A stretch of DNA of 64,000 nt from Octopus sinensis (Eukaryota): assembly GCF_006345805.1 (NCBI RefSeq), contig NC_043009.1, positions 27,776,001 through 27,840,000 on the forward strand, written 5' to 3'. Of this stretch, positions 40,061 to 53,732 are shown one piece after another. The notes below the pieces were generated by a model, which had not been told where the DNA came from, made no database searches, and was given only the letters and a program-made list of their open reading frames with translations. Each line of letters starts with the position of its first letter. Positions within the stretch are counted from its first letter, which is position 1. The position numbers and the translations under genes were made by a program.

Positions 40061-41470
40061 TTAAACTTGACATGGCTCAGAAGGTCAAGTCAGGAATAGA
40101 ACAGTCTCAAGCATTGATCATATGGCAGCATGGGTGGTGGTCTTGGCTGGAGTTGCCAGGCTTTGTGTTGCTTTTTTTTTTGCTTTTTCAGTCTTTTTCC
40201 TCTCCTCAAAAGTGGGACAGCTGAGATGAATAACTCTTCATCAGGATTGATGGTAGTTGGCTTCTGCTTCCCAGGTGTTAGGACTGATGCCATCTTGAAG
40301 ATGAAAAGACTTCAGCTGATCTTTGAATCTGCGTTTTGGAGCTCCTTGATGTTGCATATATATATATATGTGTGTATAGTAGTGAAGACTACCAGGTAGG
40401 ATTGTGTATTTACCCTTGGAAGATGAAAAAAAGTTGCTAGTAGGCAGCTATAGAGAATAGAACCCCATACCTCTCACATACCAGCTGAATACCATTAAGC
40501 TATGTGCTTTTTGTTATTAGCAATAGAAACAGTGTTATTTCAAAATAGTATTCTGCATATCTTGGTGTGGATATACAGTAGAAAGCTAGAAAACTGTGGT
40601 ATTTATTACATTTGAGATCTTTCTACAGACCCTAGAAATGGAATGATACTCAAAGAACTAAAAATCTACATTTAACAATTCCAATGCTGTTGGATGGCTT
40701 TTATACTTCTGTGCTTTTTGGTGCTATAATATCTATACAAAATATTTTCTTGAAACAAATGCCAAAGCTTTCTGGTCTTCCACAGCATATCCATGTTAAG
40801 TAAGACAAACAGAATGCTATATAGAACTCTGATATGTGGAGGAATTAGTTACATTACTTAAAGAATAATAGGAAAGCTATGATAGAGAAATAAGTATTAA
40901 ATTATATCATTTAGTAAGTCCAACAATTTAGGGGGGAAAAAATCAAGCCATTTACATTGACGTTGATTGAAGTTTGTGGCACAGATCTCGTTTTATACAT
41001 TACAGAGGAAAACAAGTCATTTATATGGTATTATATAAATTGCCAAATTTACAAATTAGCCATTATTGTGTGTACAATTGTTGGGGTAAATAAATGTTTA
41101 TCAGGAAATAGGAACAAATATTGTTTGTTATTGTAGTGGAATAACAAAGTATTATGTATTCTTATTGGTAATAAAGGCAACATAGCTAAATGAGTAGCTT
41201 TGCAAATTGAAGAAACGTGGACACACACACAACACACATGCACACACACATGCACACACACACAACATAGAGCACATGTATACACACATTATAAACACAC
41301 TTACACACACACACACACACACCACACAGCAGATGCATATATATATATATATATATATATATACCACCTACACATATTTCATAGTAGACATCACACAGAC
41401 ACAGACATTTGAACATACATAGAGTACCTATATATGTATGTTTGTGTTTGTGTGTGTGGGTGGGTGTGGG

Positions 41471-41506
<36 letters not shown>

Positions 41507-42361
41507 TAAATATACATATATGGACATATATAGACATACATATAAACAGCTAGCAAACCTATACACACTCACACCCACCCATACACCCATAAAGATTCAT
41601 TCACATGCACATACATGCATGTATGTACGTATATATATTGGCTACACAACTGTCATGGAATTGACTTAGCCAAACCTATGTGTTCTTCGAATATATTGCA
41701 TAGATTTCTATGCAATCAACATCATTGTCATCATTCATATTGTCGTCAGCATATCGGTCATAACTGACGTCAGCATCATTATCATCCCACATCATCGTCA
41801 TCATCATCACCATCATCACTGTCATCGTCATCTCCAGCATCATCGTTACCATCGCCATCGTCACCGCTCTCATCCAATGTATTCACCATCAGCTGTCCAG
41901 TTTTCCATATCGCCAGCATCATCATCAATCAGTTAAATAGTTTCATTCAATCAGCATCCGTTGTTGTTATCATCTTGCCTGTAGCTATTTTGCTATCCTG
42001 TAGCCCTCTTAACTATAATTACCTAGTTCTATCATTAGTATGTCCACCCATCAATAAGGAGCTTTGATTCTTATTTCCATCAATCTGAGCTGTTATATTT
42101 TCCTTTGTTTACTCTCCTGTATTCTCTCTTTTACAACTACAGCATCGGCAGAAGAATTACCAAGAGACAATTACTCCAATGCAGACTTCATCACAGATCT
42201 TCTCCATTCTCCTCTTTTCATTTCTTTCTCATGCATGTTGTACACAGAGATGTTTATATAAAACCATACTACATCACTGATCCATATAGTGTGGTAAGAT
42301 AGCATATAAGCAAACTGTAGTATCAGGGATATTTCATCCTATATATATATATATATATATA

Positions 42362-42732
42362 TACTAGCAGTATCGCCCGGCGTTGCTCAGGTTTGTAAGG
42401 GAAATAACTATAAAGCATTTTAGAGAGTTATAGCCAAAAAACAGCAAAAAGATGGAAAAAAAATGATAGTAAATTTTTTTTTTAGTTAAAAAAGGTGGAG
42501 TTGCGTCTCCTAGACAGTTTGCGGTTTGTGTTTCTGATTCTCGACCCCATGTCGAATTTATCGATTTTTTTCAGAACTGGAGGAACTTTTCAAAATTTTC
42601 GCTGCGTTAGTTTTGAATTATGACATTGGGCTATGTGTGTGTCAAGTTTCACCAGAATCGGTTGAAAGCCGTGGTCAGGGTGAGGGTACAAGAAAACAGA
42701 CACACAGAAACACGCACAGACAAACTGCCGTT

Positions 42733-42745
<13 letters not shown>
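42362..42745 (+). mobile_element. Non-autonomous Helentron-type (DINE-1/HINE-like) element, young
   Basis: 5' TACTAGCAGTATCGCCCGGCGTTGCTC, 3' CAAGTTTCACCAGAATCGG followed by an ACAGAC microsatellite-like stretch and TTTATATAT end. CpGs retained; embedded in (TA)n. Confidence 0.75.
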
Positions 42746-42765
<20 letters not shown>

Positions 42766-43169
42766 TATATATATTTATTTATCTATTCATATTATTATTT
42801 TTTCAACCCTTTCGTACGCAGCAAAACTGGAGCGGATTTTTTGTGCCAGATTAATCCAGGATTCAGTTTTACCAGTAAAATAACATCATCGTCATCATCG
42901 TTGTCATCATTGTTCTCATGTTCACATTTCAATACTTGTGTGACACAAATACACACATGCACTCACACACACACATGCACATGCATACGTGCACACGTAC
43001 ACATACACATATGCACTCATACATATACACACTTACACACACATACATACACATATACACACACATGCACACACACATATGCATGCATACACACATGCAT
43101 ACACACATGTATACGCACACACATGCATATACTTCAAGGATTGTGATCTGTCTGGCTGTTTCCCTTATT

Positions 43170-43580
43170 TAAGCCATCTCTTTATCTTTCATTGTTTAGT
43201 TGTCTCAGTCATTAGACTGTGGCCATGATGGAGCACTGCCTTGAAGAATAATAGTTGAATGACTTGAACCTAGTTCTAATGCTTTTAAAGCCCGGTACTT
43301 ATTCCGTTGGTCTCTTTAGCTGAATTGCTAAGTTGCAGAGATGTAAACACATCAACATGACTTAACAACCAGCAGTGGGGGACAAACATATGCACATATA
43401 CACACACACACATATATACCACAGGCTTCTTTCAGTTTCCATCTATCAAATCCACTCACAAGGCTTTGGTCAGCCTGGGGCTTTAATAGAAAACACTTGA
43501 CCAAGGTGCCACGCAGTAGGACTGAACCCAGAACCATGTGGTTGAAAGGCAACAAACTTCTTACCACATAGCCATGTCTG
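43170..43580 (-). mobile_element. SINE family A, near full length
   Basis: Reverse complements of tail, internal microsatellite, CORE (CACTTGACCAAGGTGCCACGCAGT) and head. Confidence 0.9.
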
Positions 43581-43596
43581 ACCCTGTTTTATATAT

Positions 43597-43719
<123 letters not shown>

Positions 43720-44829
43720 GATATGTGGAGACAATTATATAAAGGCCTGAAATATCTTTTGCCATGTTTAATATAGAGTTTTCTGCTATTTTATTTCTTG
43801 CTATAGTTTATTTATTTATTCTAATTCCTCACTAAGAATATAGTTGTGGAATATTGCTATAAAACAGATATCCAGATGATGTCTCATAAACCATTGGCCA
43901 AACTGGGTTTCATTTGGAAATCGAAGACATAAAGAAAAAGATAACGAAGAAAGAAGAGAAAGAGAGGGAGGAGTGGAAATAAGAGAGTGAGAGAATGAGA
44001 GAGAGAAAGATAAAGAGCGAGAGGAGTAAAAGAGAAAGATAGAGTAGGTAGAATATAAGTAGCAGTAAAAGTATAAATTGGTATCATTGAAGAATGAGAG
44101 AAAAAAAAAACAACATAAATATATGAACAAAATAAAATAAAAAAATATTTATTGCTTGAAGTATTTCAGTGATGTGGAAGATGGCATTGGAAGTGATAAA
44201 GTGTATGAGAAAGAAGAAGAAAAGGAAAAAAAAAAAGAGCAAGAGAGAATTGCATAGAAATCCTTTAAATAAATGCTGGTTAGTTCCTCCCATCCACTTT
44301 CGTTTTGGTTGTGTCGGCACATATATAGATGTGAACGTTTTCTGCTGACATATAACCAGGAGAAGAACTTCAGTTAAGTTCCTGTATTTCACTAATTTAA
44401 TAATGTAACCCAATCACCTGTCATATTATTCTTTGACCCAGACATTGATGCTCGTTAATTTTATGCAAGAGTCTTGATTTGTATGGAGTATCGCACATAA
44501 ACATGTTGTGCTATCCGTAACTGAATAGTTAAGCAGAAGATAGGAATTAGAATGGTATTAAATGTCTGCTACAAGAACAAAAGACAAAGCCACATTCTGC
44601 TTCAGATACAAGTTTTCGGTAGTTTTTCTAAAATGGTCTACTAAGATTCGGTTGATGTGATATGGTTTTTAATTTTGGCATAAGGCCAGAACTTCTGAGT
44701 GGGGGAGTTTAATGGATGATATCAGTGGTTCTTTACTGTTGTCTGTAGGATGCCTGGGGACACATAGAAGATTTTTGAGGTTCCACGCAAGCAAAAGAGC
44801 AAACTTGAGACTCACAGTAGGAGAAAATT

Positions 44830-45212
44830 ACCGAGTGCTCCATTTCTCATCCGGCTGCAATCATCAGTTGAGTGCTGTGCTTCACTGAGATTTTGGCCCG
44901 TTATGCTCAGTATCTCTCCACAAGGTGGGCCCACAACAGCTGGATGTATTGCGTTGCAACCAGATTCATGCCAATTCTGTGGTCTTATATGCTTTCGCAA
45001 ATCTCCTGGTAATCCAAGTACTACCCTCAACCACTTTCTCCCCATATTCCTTTATGATCCTCCTCGCAGCAGATACACCAGCCACCTTCAGAAACCTTCT
45101 GAGAGAAGCTGCTGGGAAACCACCACAGCCAACCTCAAACGTCCAGGAGCCAGGAACACATTTTGCTTCAGATGTGTTTATTGCAAGAAACTTCTATGTT
45201 TCTTTCTCTAGT
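44830..45212 (-). mobile_element. 3' end of a HERO-like (restriction-like endonuclease) non-LTR retrotransposon
   Basis: Minus frame SWTFEVGCGGFPAASLRRFLKVAGVSAARRIIKEYGEKVVEGSTWITRRFAKAYKTTELA* (stop 44966-44968) matches the recalled HERO C-terminus VEVGCRGF...L--LG...R--K......S-W-W-RR. A 3' UTR follows. Confidence 0.75.
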
Positions 45213-45229
45213 ATTATACATAGTTCAAA

Positions 45230-45440
45230 GGCGACGAGCTGGCAGAAACATTAGCAAGCCGGGTGAAATGCTTACCAGTATTTTGTTTGTCTTTACGTTC
45301 TGAGTTCAAATTTTGCTGAGGTCAACTTTGCCTTTAATCCTTTCGGGGCCAATAAACTAAGTACCAGTTGTGTACTGGGTCAATTTAATTGACTGGGTCC
45401 CTCTCCCAAACTTTCAGGCTTTGTGCCTTGAGTAGAAAAG
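45230..45440 (+). mobile_element. SINE family B, full length with TSD
   Basis: Perfect 17-bp TSD ATTATACATAGTTCAAA (45213-45229 and 45441-45457). Confidence 0.93.
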
Positions 45441-45617
45441 ATTATACATAGTTCAAACAGTACAAGTTAATGTGAGAAAAACAAAATAAAAATTTTGGAA
45501 GAATTATCTACAGAACTCATTTAAAAGCATCAAGTGGCTGTGGGAGATCAATCAAAATAATAATAATTAATATGGTAATTGCCATTGTATTTCATCAATG
45601 GAGAACATCTCCCTCCA

Positions 45618-45717
45618 GATGACTGTGGGTTCATGCCACACTCAATTCATTGGAATAAAGGAACTTTGGGATACCAATGTTTCGACATTCTTGAGTGTCT
45701 CCTCAGCCACAGCTATC
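45618..45717 (-). ncRNA. Extended hammerhead-ribozyme-like fold (probably inactivated)
   Basis: CUGAGGA (45706-45700), stem II GACA/UGUC with loop CUCAAGAA, GAAA, stem III CAUUGG/CCAAUG (20-nt loop), and outer helix GAUAGCUGUGG/CCACAGUCAUC. The triplet reads GAA instead of GUH. Confidence 0.5.
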
Positions 45718-46894
45718 TAGGACTAATGAATCTAACAAGAGTTTCTGGTTTCTGGCCCTTGTTGATAGGACTCAGTAAAGGAATTATTTGTCAATGTATG
45801 CTAATATCTGCCAACTGATAACAAACCATCATGTGTATGGTGAACAGTGATGAACAAACGATGCTACGAATACTCATTCTTATATTTTTCTTCTATAAAA
45901 GTGAAAATGAACACACACTGTACACACATATACTTTTACGCATGTACGCACGTGCGTGCACACACACACACATATTACTGTATCTATATTTCTCAGCTTT
46001 AAGCAAACAATGTTTTAACAAAGTCAAACATCTATTTGTTTTTTCTTTATAAAGGGAATTTATTTTCACTGGGGTGTGATTCTCAAGGAGTGGTACATCG
46101 GAGAAAAAATAAGCTGGGGAAGATTTGGCACAAAATGAAATAATGGAAACCTAGACATGTAGACTACAGAAACGAGATTAAGCTATTAGACAGACCAGTC
46201 GAACTCTTCAAGTTTGTTATTGATGAAGATGATGATGATAATGATGATGATGATGATGATGGCCATGTTGATGATGACGATGATGATAATGGCCATGTTG
46301 ATGATGTTGATGATGATGGCCATGTTGATGATGATGGCCATGTTGATGATGATGATGATGATGCCATGATGATTGACCATTCTTATCAGTAAATGGTGTG
46401 AGTATGCATGTAGTTATGTGTTAAGTAGATATGAAGTATTATAAGGAAGCCGAAGATTAAGTCATTTAGATGTAGCCATTGCCTTGCCAGTGATGATGTT
46501 GTGACTATGATACTACGAATCGAATTGTAGACAAATCTAGAATTGCTTCATATGCGACTGACAATGAGTTAAATATATTAACCAAGAAAAAGAATACATA
46601 AGCTGGTGTGGATGGGTGGATAGATATTGCAACATCTACATTGTTACAGGACAGATACATATCAAAACTAGGAAGCATATATCAAAGCTAATATAAATAT
46701 TTGTAGTAGAAGTGGTTGTATTAATAGCAATAATTCTAAATAATTAAAAAAATCTTCTAGTCGGATAGTAATGGCAGCAGTAGTAGCTGTAGTAGTAGTA
46801 TTAGTAGTAGCTGTGGTAATGTTAGTAGCAGTGGTGGTAGTGATGGTAGTGGTGGTAGTGGTAGTGAGTTTCTTATGGTGTCTTCCTACAATAA

Positions 46895-47115
46895 TGGTTC
46901 GAAATGTTGGCCCAAGGCCAACGGTCTTAGGGAAGGAAGAAGGCTGCTTACATTGAATCCAGTGATCATTCAGTATATATTTTATAGACTTAGAAAGGAT
47001 GAAAATCAAAATCGACATCAGCAGAATTTGAACTCAGAATATAAAGAGCCAGAAACAAGGCTGCTAAACATTTTGCCCCACATGCTAATGGTTCTACTAA
47101 ACCATTGCCTTTTCT
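46895..47115 (-). mobile_element. SINE family B, degenerate
   Basis: AGAAAGGATGAAAATCAAAATCGACATCAGCAGAATTTGAACTCAGAAT on the plus strand. Confidence 0.8.
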
Positions 47116-48469
47116 GTCAGCTAGCTGCCTTCTTCCTACCATAGTGTACAATAATTCAGATACAAAGTTAACTAGTCTCAAACTAATATTACACACCTTT
47201 GAAGACAGTACCCAAGCATAGAAACTGCTAAATTGCTAAAACCAGTAAAGGGATTATTTTTCAATTTCTGAAAGATATGGGCTTACACACTTAACATTTG
47301 TTTATCATTTCATGAATTATCATCTTCATTAAAAACTCACCTCTAGCAACTCCTTTATACTTCAGTGATAGCTATCCAGAAACTTTAAGGCCTTGTTTTA
47401 AGGTCATTGTTTTTCCTTACCTAAAATTATTAAAGCCCTTCATGAATTGTAACCTGCTTCTCTAATGTTGCCCTCACATGAAGACCCTGTGGCAAATAAA
47501 AGAAATCCTTATTTGTTCTAATGCAAAAATGTCGTCAGAAAGAAGACATTTTTTTTTTTTAATGGTTTTAAAAATACTACCAAGATTAGAGAAGCAATTT
47601 GTTTTCAAGGGATGCACCAACCATAATTGCCTTTTGGTTTAGGAACAAAGCTAGTAAGTTTGAGGGGCAAGGGTTAGTCAATTCCATCACCTGCTCCACC
47701 CACTACTTGGAAATTTCTATTTTTATTTAACCTGACAATAAAGTAAAACATGGTTCACTTCACCAGGATTTGAACTCAGATTGAAAAAAAAAAAGAAAAG
47801 TAACACCCACTGCAAAGTAACTTTTCCAACACTCCACTGGTTCTGCTAACTTGCTGCCTCTGATTGCGTCTTTCATGGAAGCTATGAAAGCAGATTTAAT
47901 AATAGAAAACATTCAATTGTTTTCTGTCTCTACTTCTCCATCTCCTCTTTTCCTTTTTTCTAGTTTTTTTCCTTCTTCTATATAAGTGGCATTATTGACC
48001 TCTCTCAGCCAGTCACAGCTTACCTGCTTTACAAGGACGTTTAAATTGATTGAATAAATAAACACCATATAAATAATAGAAAGGAGAAGATTGATGGTCA
48101 CTGAGCACGTAAAGCCTCAGATTTGCAAAACAGGAGATATGAGATTATGGGACGTTCATGCATTTTTCAAGATGATTAACAACATTACAACGTGAATTAA
48201 AATAGCTGTATGCCAGACTTGAAACAAGAGATAGAGGATCGTTTTTATCCTCTGTTAATTGTTTCAGTAACTGTTCAGTGGCCATACTGGAGCACTGCCT
48301 TGGAAAGTTTATAGTTGACCAAATCAACCACTGTACATATTCTTTAGCGTGGTACTTTGTCTATCAATCTCTTGTTTCCCTGAATAAGTTACCAAATCAA
48401 TATGAATGTACATACAGGCATACATACATGCTTAAATATGTACGTACAGGCACATATGTGCATATGTGT

Positions 48470-48650
48470 GGCTTGGTGGTTAGAGATGTCACACTCATGA
48501 TTCTAAGATTGAAGTTTCAATTCTAGATTGGGCAAGACCTTGTGTTCTTGAGCAAGATGCTTCCTCTCAAGTTGGTCCAGTCCACTCAGCTGGCAAAAAT
48601 GCAAAGACTGAGTAATATTGCAACAGACTGGTGTCCCATCAAGGTGTGTG
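48470..48650 (+). mobile_element. Old tRNA-derived CORE-like SINE
   Basis: GTGGCTTGGTGGTTAGAG, GTTTCAATTC, TGTGTTCTTGAGCAAGATGCTT, CCACTCAGCTGGCAAAAATG. Confidence 0.65.
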
Positions 48651-48795
48651 TGTGTGTGGGGGGGGATATATATGCCACAGAATGCAAGAAATGTTCTTAT
48701 GAACCTATGACTCAGCAAGAACTTTCCACCCACTATTTACATTTATACATACATTTGTGTATGTCTATTTATTTCTCTCTCTCTCTCTCTCACAT

Positions 48796-48829
<34 letters not shown>

Positions 48830-49419
48830 GTATATGGAAAGGATTATGATTCAAGCTGTGTCAAATATTGCAATCCACTAAGAATCCCAACTTATATATA
48901 TATATAAATGTATATATACCTGTATATTTAGAAAGTGATGTCACAGGCTGGGATTGAACTCAAAACTATGTGAATGGGAAGCAAGGTTCTTACCATACAA
49001 CCAGGCTTGCGTCTATCCTGGACTTCCTTTCATATGCAGTATCATAATTGTTTAAACCAACTAAATATGAAGTAACAATGACTGCGATATCAGAGTGTTG
49101 CTCTACAGATCATTGATATTGAGTCATAAGTTCCGATCTGTCTAATGTCAGGATGTTGTTTGTGTTCCCTTGTACAAATTACCTACGTCTGCTTTTATTC
49201 AGTTTATTGAAAATGAACAAAAAGACTGACTTTATTCATATTTCATAGTTGAGTAGTTAACAGTGGGACAGATATCCAGCTGCGACAGCGAACAAAGGAC
49301 CCACCCCTTTCATACGAGGAAGGGTATATAGAAGTAGAACACTAAAAATAACAGGTAATGGCAAAAAAAAAAACATTTAAAAAATCAAATAAATAAATAA
49401 ATATCGATTTCTATAGACT

Positions 49420-49680
49420 TTTGTTTTAATGAAATTGTTGCTGTTGTTTCTGTTGTTGCTGTTGTTCATGCCCATCTCAGCCCTGATCGACCAGTTATTG
49501 ATCTCTGGTATGTCAGCTGTGACCATCTCTCGCTTTCCCTCTATGCAAAAAAAGCCCTGGGTCGAATGATCAACCGTCCTTTTTTCCAAGCAGTAGGGTA
49601 TGATTTAAAGGAGATGTGACTGCTATTTCTAAAAGGTCAAATAACCTCATAAAGGGACTCTCATTGACTTGTTACATTGG
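49420..49680 (-). mobile_element. Repeat family E, copy 1 (SINE-like, (CAA)n tail)
   Basis: Shares GG(G/A)TATGAT(T/C)T(A/G)A(A/G)GGA...GCTATTTCTA with 57960-58200; both begin with (TTG)n on the plus strand. Confidence 0.6.
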
Positions 49681-50469
49681 ATGTGATAGTTGTATGTAGC
49701 TGTGTGGTTAAAGTGGTTTGCTTCACAACCTCACAGTTCCGGGTTCAGTTCCAGTGCATGGCATTGCACATTGGGTGTCTTCACTTATGGCTGTATGAAT
49801 GGAAATTTCCCTGATGGAAACTACAGAGATGTGGTTGGTTGAAACTGAATATAAATGTTAAATATGTGACTTAGCAATTCGGGAAATAGTGGTCAATAAA
49901 ATACATATCTAAGAAAAATAAATACTGAGGATGATATAATTAATTAAAAATTTTTTTAAGTATTGCCCCAGTATGGCAACAGATCAACGACTGAAACCCT
50001 ATAAGCGAGTAAGGCTGAGGAGTGGGAAAGAATAGTAGAAAGTGAGACAGAATAGCATGTGGTATTTAGTAATGATGACAATGATGATGATGATGACGGC
50101 GGTGGTGGTGGTGGTGGTGGTGGTGGTGAAGGTGTCAGTGGTGATGATGGTGATGATGTTAGTTTTAGTACATAGTAGTAGTAGCAGCAGTAAAATGACG
50201 AATGGTGATGTGTTCCAACAGGCAAAGAAAATTAACTGCAAATTATATATGTGTGTGTGTGTGTGTGTGTGTAAATTATGCATTCTCTTATTAATATTTT
50301 GTATATGTCCTATGTAAATATTTTTGTGTATATATATGTGTGTATACTTATACATATATATATATAGATAGATAGATACACATGTTTGTCAGCATTACTA
50401 CCTCTCTCTCTGTACATATACTAAGAGAGTGAAAGAAAGAGAGAGGTGTATGCAAGTACATGTGCATAC

Positions 50470-50531
<62 letters not shown>

Positions 50532-51455
50532 CTTATATATATATATAAATGTATGCATGTATGTGTGTACGTCTATATATATATATTACTATATGTATAA
50601 ATTTAATAAAATACATACATATATGCCTTTGTTTATACATAGATGTATATGTGTATGAGTGTATATATATATATAATATATATAAATATATATATATATG
50701 TATGCACACACACACACACTCACCACACACACACAACGCACACAGTGCTAAAGCAGCATACACACACCAGCACACATATACACACGTATAAAATAAAAAA
50801 GAAATAAATTCATAATATATTCGCATATAGAAAGTCATGGCGATGCTGGAGCAAGCAAAGCGTATCATTATTTATTTAATTCTTTCCAGTAGCTGAAACC
50901 TTTGCAACTAACGAAACCTTAAATAATTAAACAGCTCAAAAAATATAATAAACAAATATATAAATAGATAAAAAAATAAAATAGATAGGTAAATAGATAA
51001 AGGCGAGTGAATTGTATAGATGGAGAATGAAGAGAGGCGAAAATATATTGGAAAAAAACATATACAATATATATATAAATATATATATACACACTACATA
51101 CATACATATATATATATGCGCATATCTACACATATGTATGTATATATATATATGTGTGTATGTGTGCATATATATGTCAGCAGATAGATTATTTTTAAAG
51201 TCGATATTAAAGCAGCAGTCACTAGCTATTAGATATTGTTAATTATAAATGCTATTTCTAATTGCTTTTTTTCACTTTTAGATGATAATCAGCCCTCTCC
51301 TCCACCATCTCATTTTCATCATCATCATCACCATCACCATCAACATCATTGTCACACACACATATACATACATTTATATGTACACACACATATATATACA
51401 TACACACACATATATATATACATGTGTGTGTATATATATATACATACATACATAT

Positions 51456-51499
<44 letters not shown>

Positions 51500-51845
51500 G
51501 CATACATAAACACAACTATATTGTTATCATCTTAACATCTATTTTTCCATGCTTGCATGGGTCAGATGAGTGTACATTGAGACAGAAAGAAAGAGAATAA
51601 AGCTGTTTTAAGTAAACAACAATATATTTTAATTATAGAGGAAGGACAGTCAGTCTTCCAGCAAAGACATAGAAAACCCATTGGGAAGGTTACAGATCTG
51701 ACACAAAAGCCTTTGACAAATCAATAAATTAATAGATAAAAGAAATGAATTGCAACCAGTGCAGGAGTTTTTATTAACTGAATAGAATGACCCTCCCAAA
51801 TTCACCAATAACAATATAAACAATGTTGTAGTAAATATTCTTTGT

Positions 51846-52210
51846 CAACATAACATGTCAGTCCTGGTTTAGGATGAATGTTGCTGTCATTTAGCCTCAG
51901 GAGGCCCTTGTATTTTCGAACAAGGGAATCTAGCACCCCCACTCAGCTCAAAACAATATCTGAGTATCACGATTTCCAGGTATTTCCCTTCATCAGCAAA
52001 GAATAATTGTTCGGCTCAAGGTGTCACTTCCAAATTCCTGTTCGAAATATATAGTTTTCAAAGTGACAACTAGTCACCAATCTATAAATTTGGAGACGAT
52101 GTCCCCTGGGGCTAAATTACAGCAACATTCGTCCTAAACCAGGATTGCCATGTTATGTTGGCAAACAATCTTTACTCCAAAGTACCGTTGCTGAATATCT
52201 CTCATCGTGA
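51846..52210. mobile_element. Family F fold-back copy with ~55-bp inverted arms
   Basis: 51846-51901 CAACATAACATGTCAGTCCTGGTTTAGGATGAATGTTGCTGTCATTTAGCCTCAGG is inverted at ~52103-52160. The ~200-bp spacer shares GGGGGTGCTAGATT with the 30.5-kb copy. Confidence 0.8.
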
Positions 52211-53259
52211 GATTTAAAAATAATAATTTTCTAAACAATATATTGTTCTCAGACAGAAATAAAGTTGTAAATCATTCTTGTTTTGTTATTGTGTATGTGT
52301 GCATGTGCACATGCAGATGTTAATGTCTGTGTGTGTGTGTGTGTGTGTGTGTGAGTGATTGTGAAGAAATGACATGTCTGTAGAAGTGGAAATGTTGATG
52401 CAGAAATTTGGAGATATGGTAACTGAGATATTGAATTTTATGTGCTTTGTGAAGTGGTCGGTGATAAGAATGATGTCCAGCTGTAGAGACCAGGACAAAA
52501 ATCAAAATATGTCTGAGCGCCAGTTTGGAGAACTGTAATTCCTAGCAAGAAATGGCTTGGATTAAAGCGATCCATCTAACCCATGCCAGCATGGTAAGTG
52601 GATGTAATATGATGATGATGATGATGATGATATGTATGCCAGTTTCAAGAATAGTGACCCAGTAATGCAATGTGTTATGAAAAGTAATAAAAGAGTTATT
52701 GTCAGGAATGGAACCCAGCCACGAATTACTGCTTCCGAAAGCACTCACCACTTTCTAATTCTCATATCATCATAGAAAAGTGGACAAAAACAAAACAATT
52801 ACGATGTTTATATACCTCAAGTCATGAAACTTTTTGGAGGAACAGACATCAGATCTTCTGACAACCTTCTCTGTCAAAGACTAACAATCTATCCAGAAGC
52901 AGTTTTGTCTCTCATCTACAATGTGCTTTAATGTTACAGACTCTCTGATGTTGTCAAACAATGGTTTTTGTTTTTTTTATAAACAAAGCAAACTACCAGT
53001 GGCTGAACTAGCATGTCATGTTTATCTGCGTTTCTGTTCATTGCAGCACACACAGCAAAAATGGTATTAATTCAGTTAGGAACATAAGACATCGTTTAAT
53101 CTAAAATCTTCACATTCTTCAAACACAGCAAACTACAATATGTCTTCTTCTCTTGACCTCTGCCAGAAACAGAGACCATCAGCTGTCATCTTGACTGTTC
53201 TTCCCCGACTTACAGACACACTTTCAAAGCACCGACCACAATATTGTTCTACACTATTG

Positions 53260-53299
53260 TTACTCCAAATATTACTAATAATATTATTATTACTACTAC

Positions 53300-53344
<45 letters not shown>

Positions 53345-53374
53345 CATCATTATTATTATTATTATTATTATTAT

Positions 53375-53409
<35 letters not shown>

Positions 53410-53480
53410 TCATCATCATCATCATTATTGTTGTTGTTGTTGTTGTTGTTATTATTATTATTATTATTATTATCATTGTT
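53260..53480. repeat. (ATT)n/(AGT)n/(TTG)n compound microsatellite
   Basis: Directly visible. Confidence 0.95.
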
Positions 53481-53660
53481 ATTATTTACTTCAAGTAATA
53501 AACTAGAGTTATATGACGTTTTACCGTCTTCTACATAAACACCATTATTGCTTGGATTTTGACAACATTTGTATAGGTTTTTGTTTTCGTATCAGTTTAG
53601 CCATTACAACTAGTAGTAAAAGTTGTAGTAGCAGCAGTGGAGTGATGGTGGGAATAGAAA

Positions 53661-53732
<72 letters not shown>

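Noticed and set aside
40215-40250. Minus-strand CTGATGA-A-GAG-TTATTCAT-CTC
   Set aside because: GAAAC and the cleavage triplet are absent; cannot be distinguished from chance.
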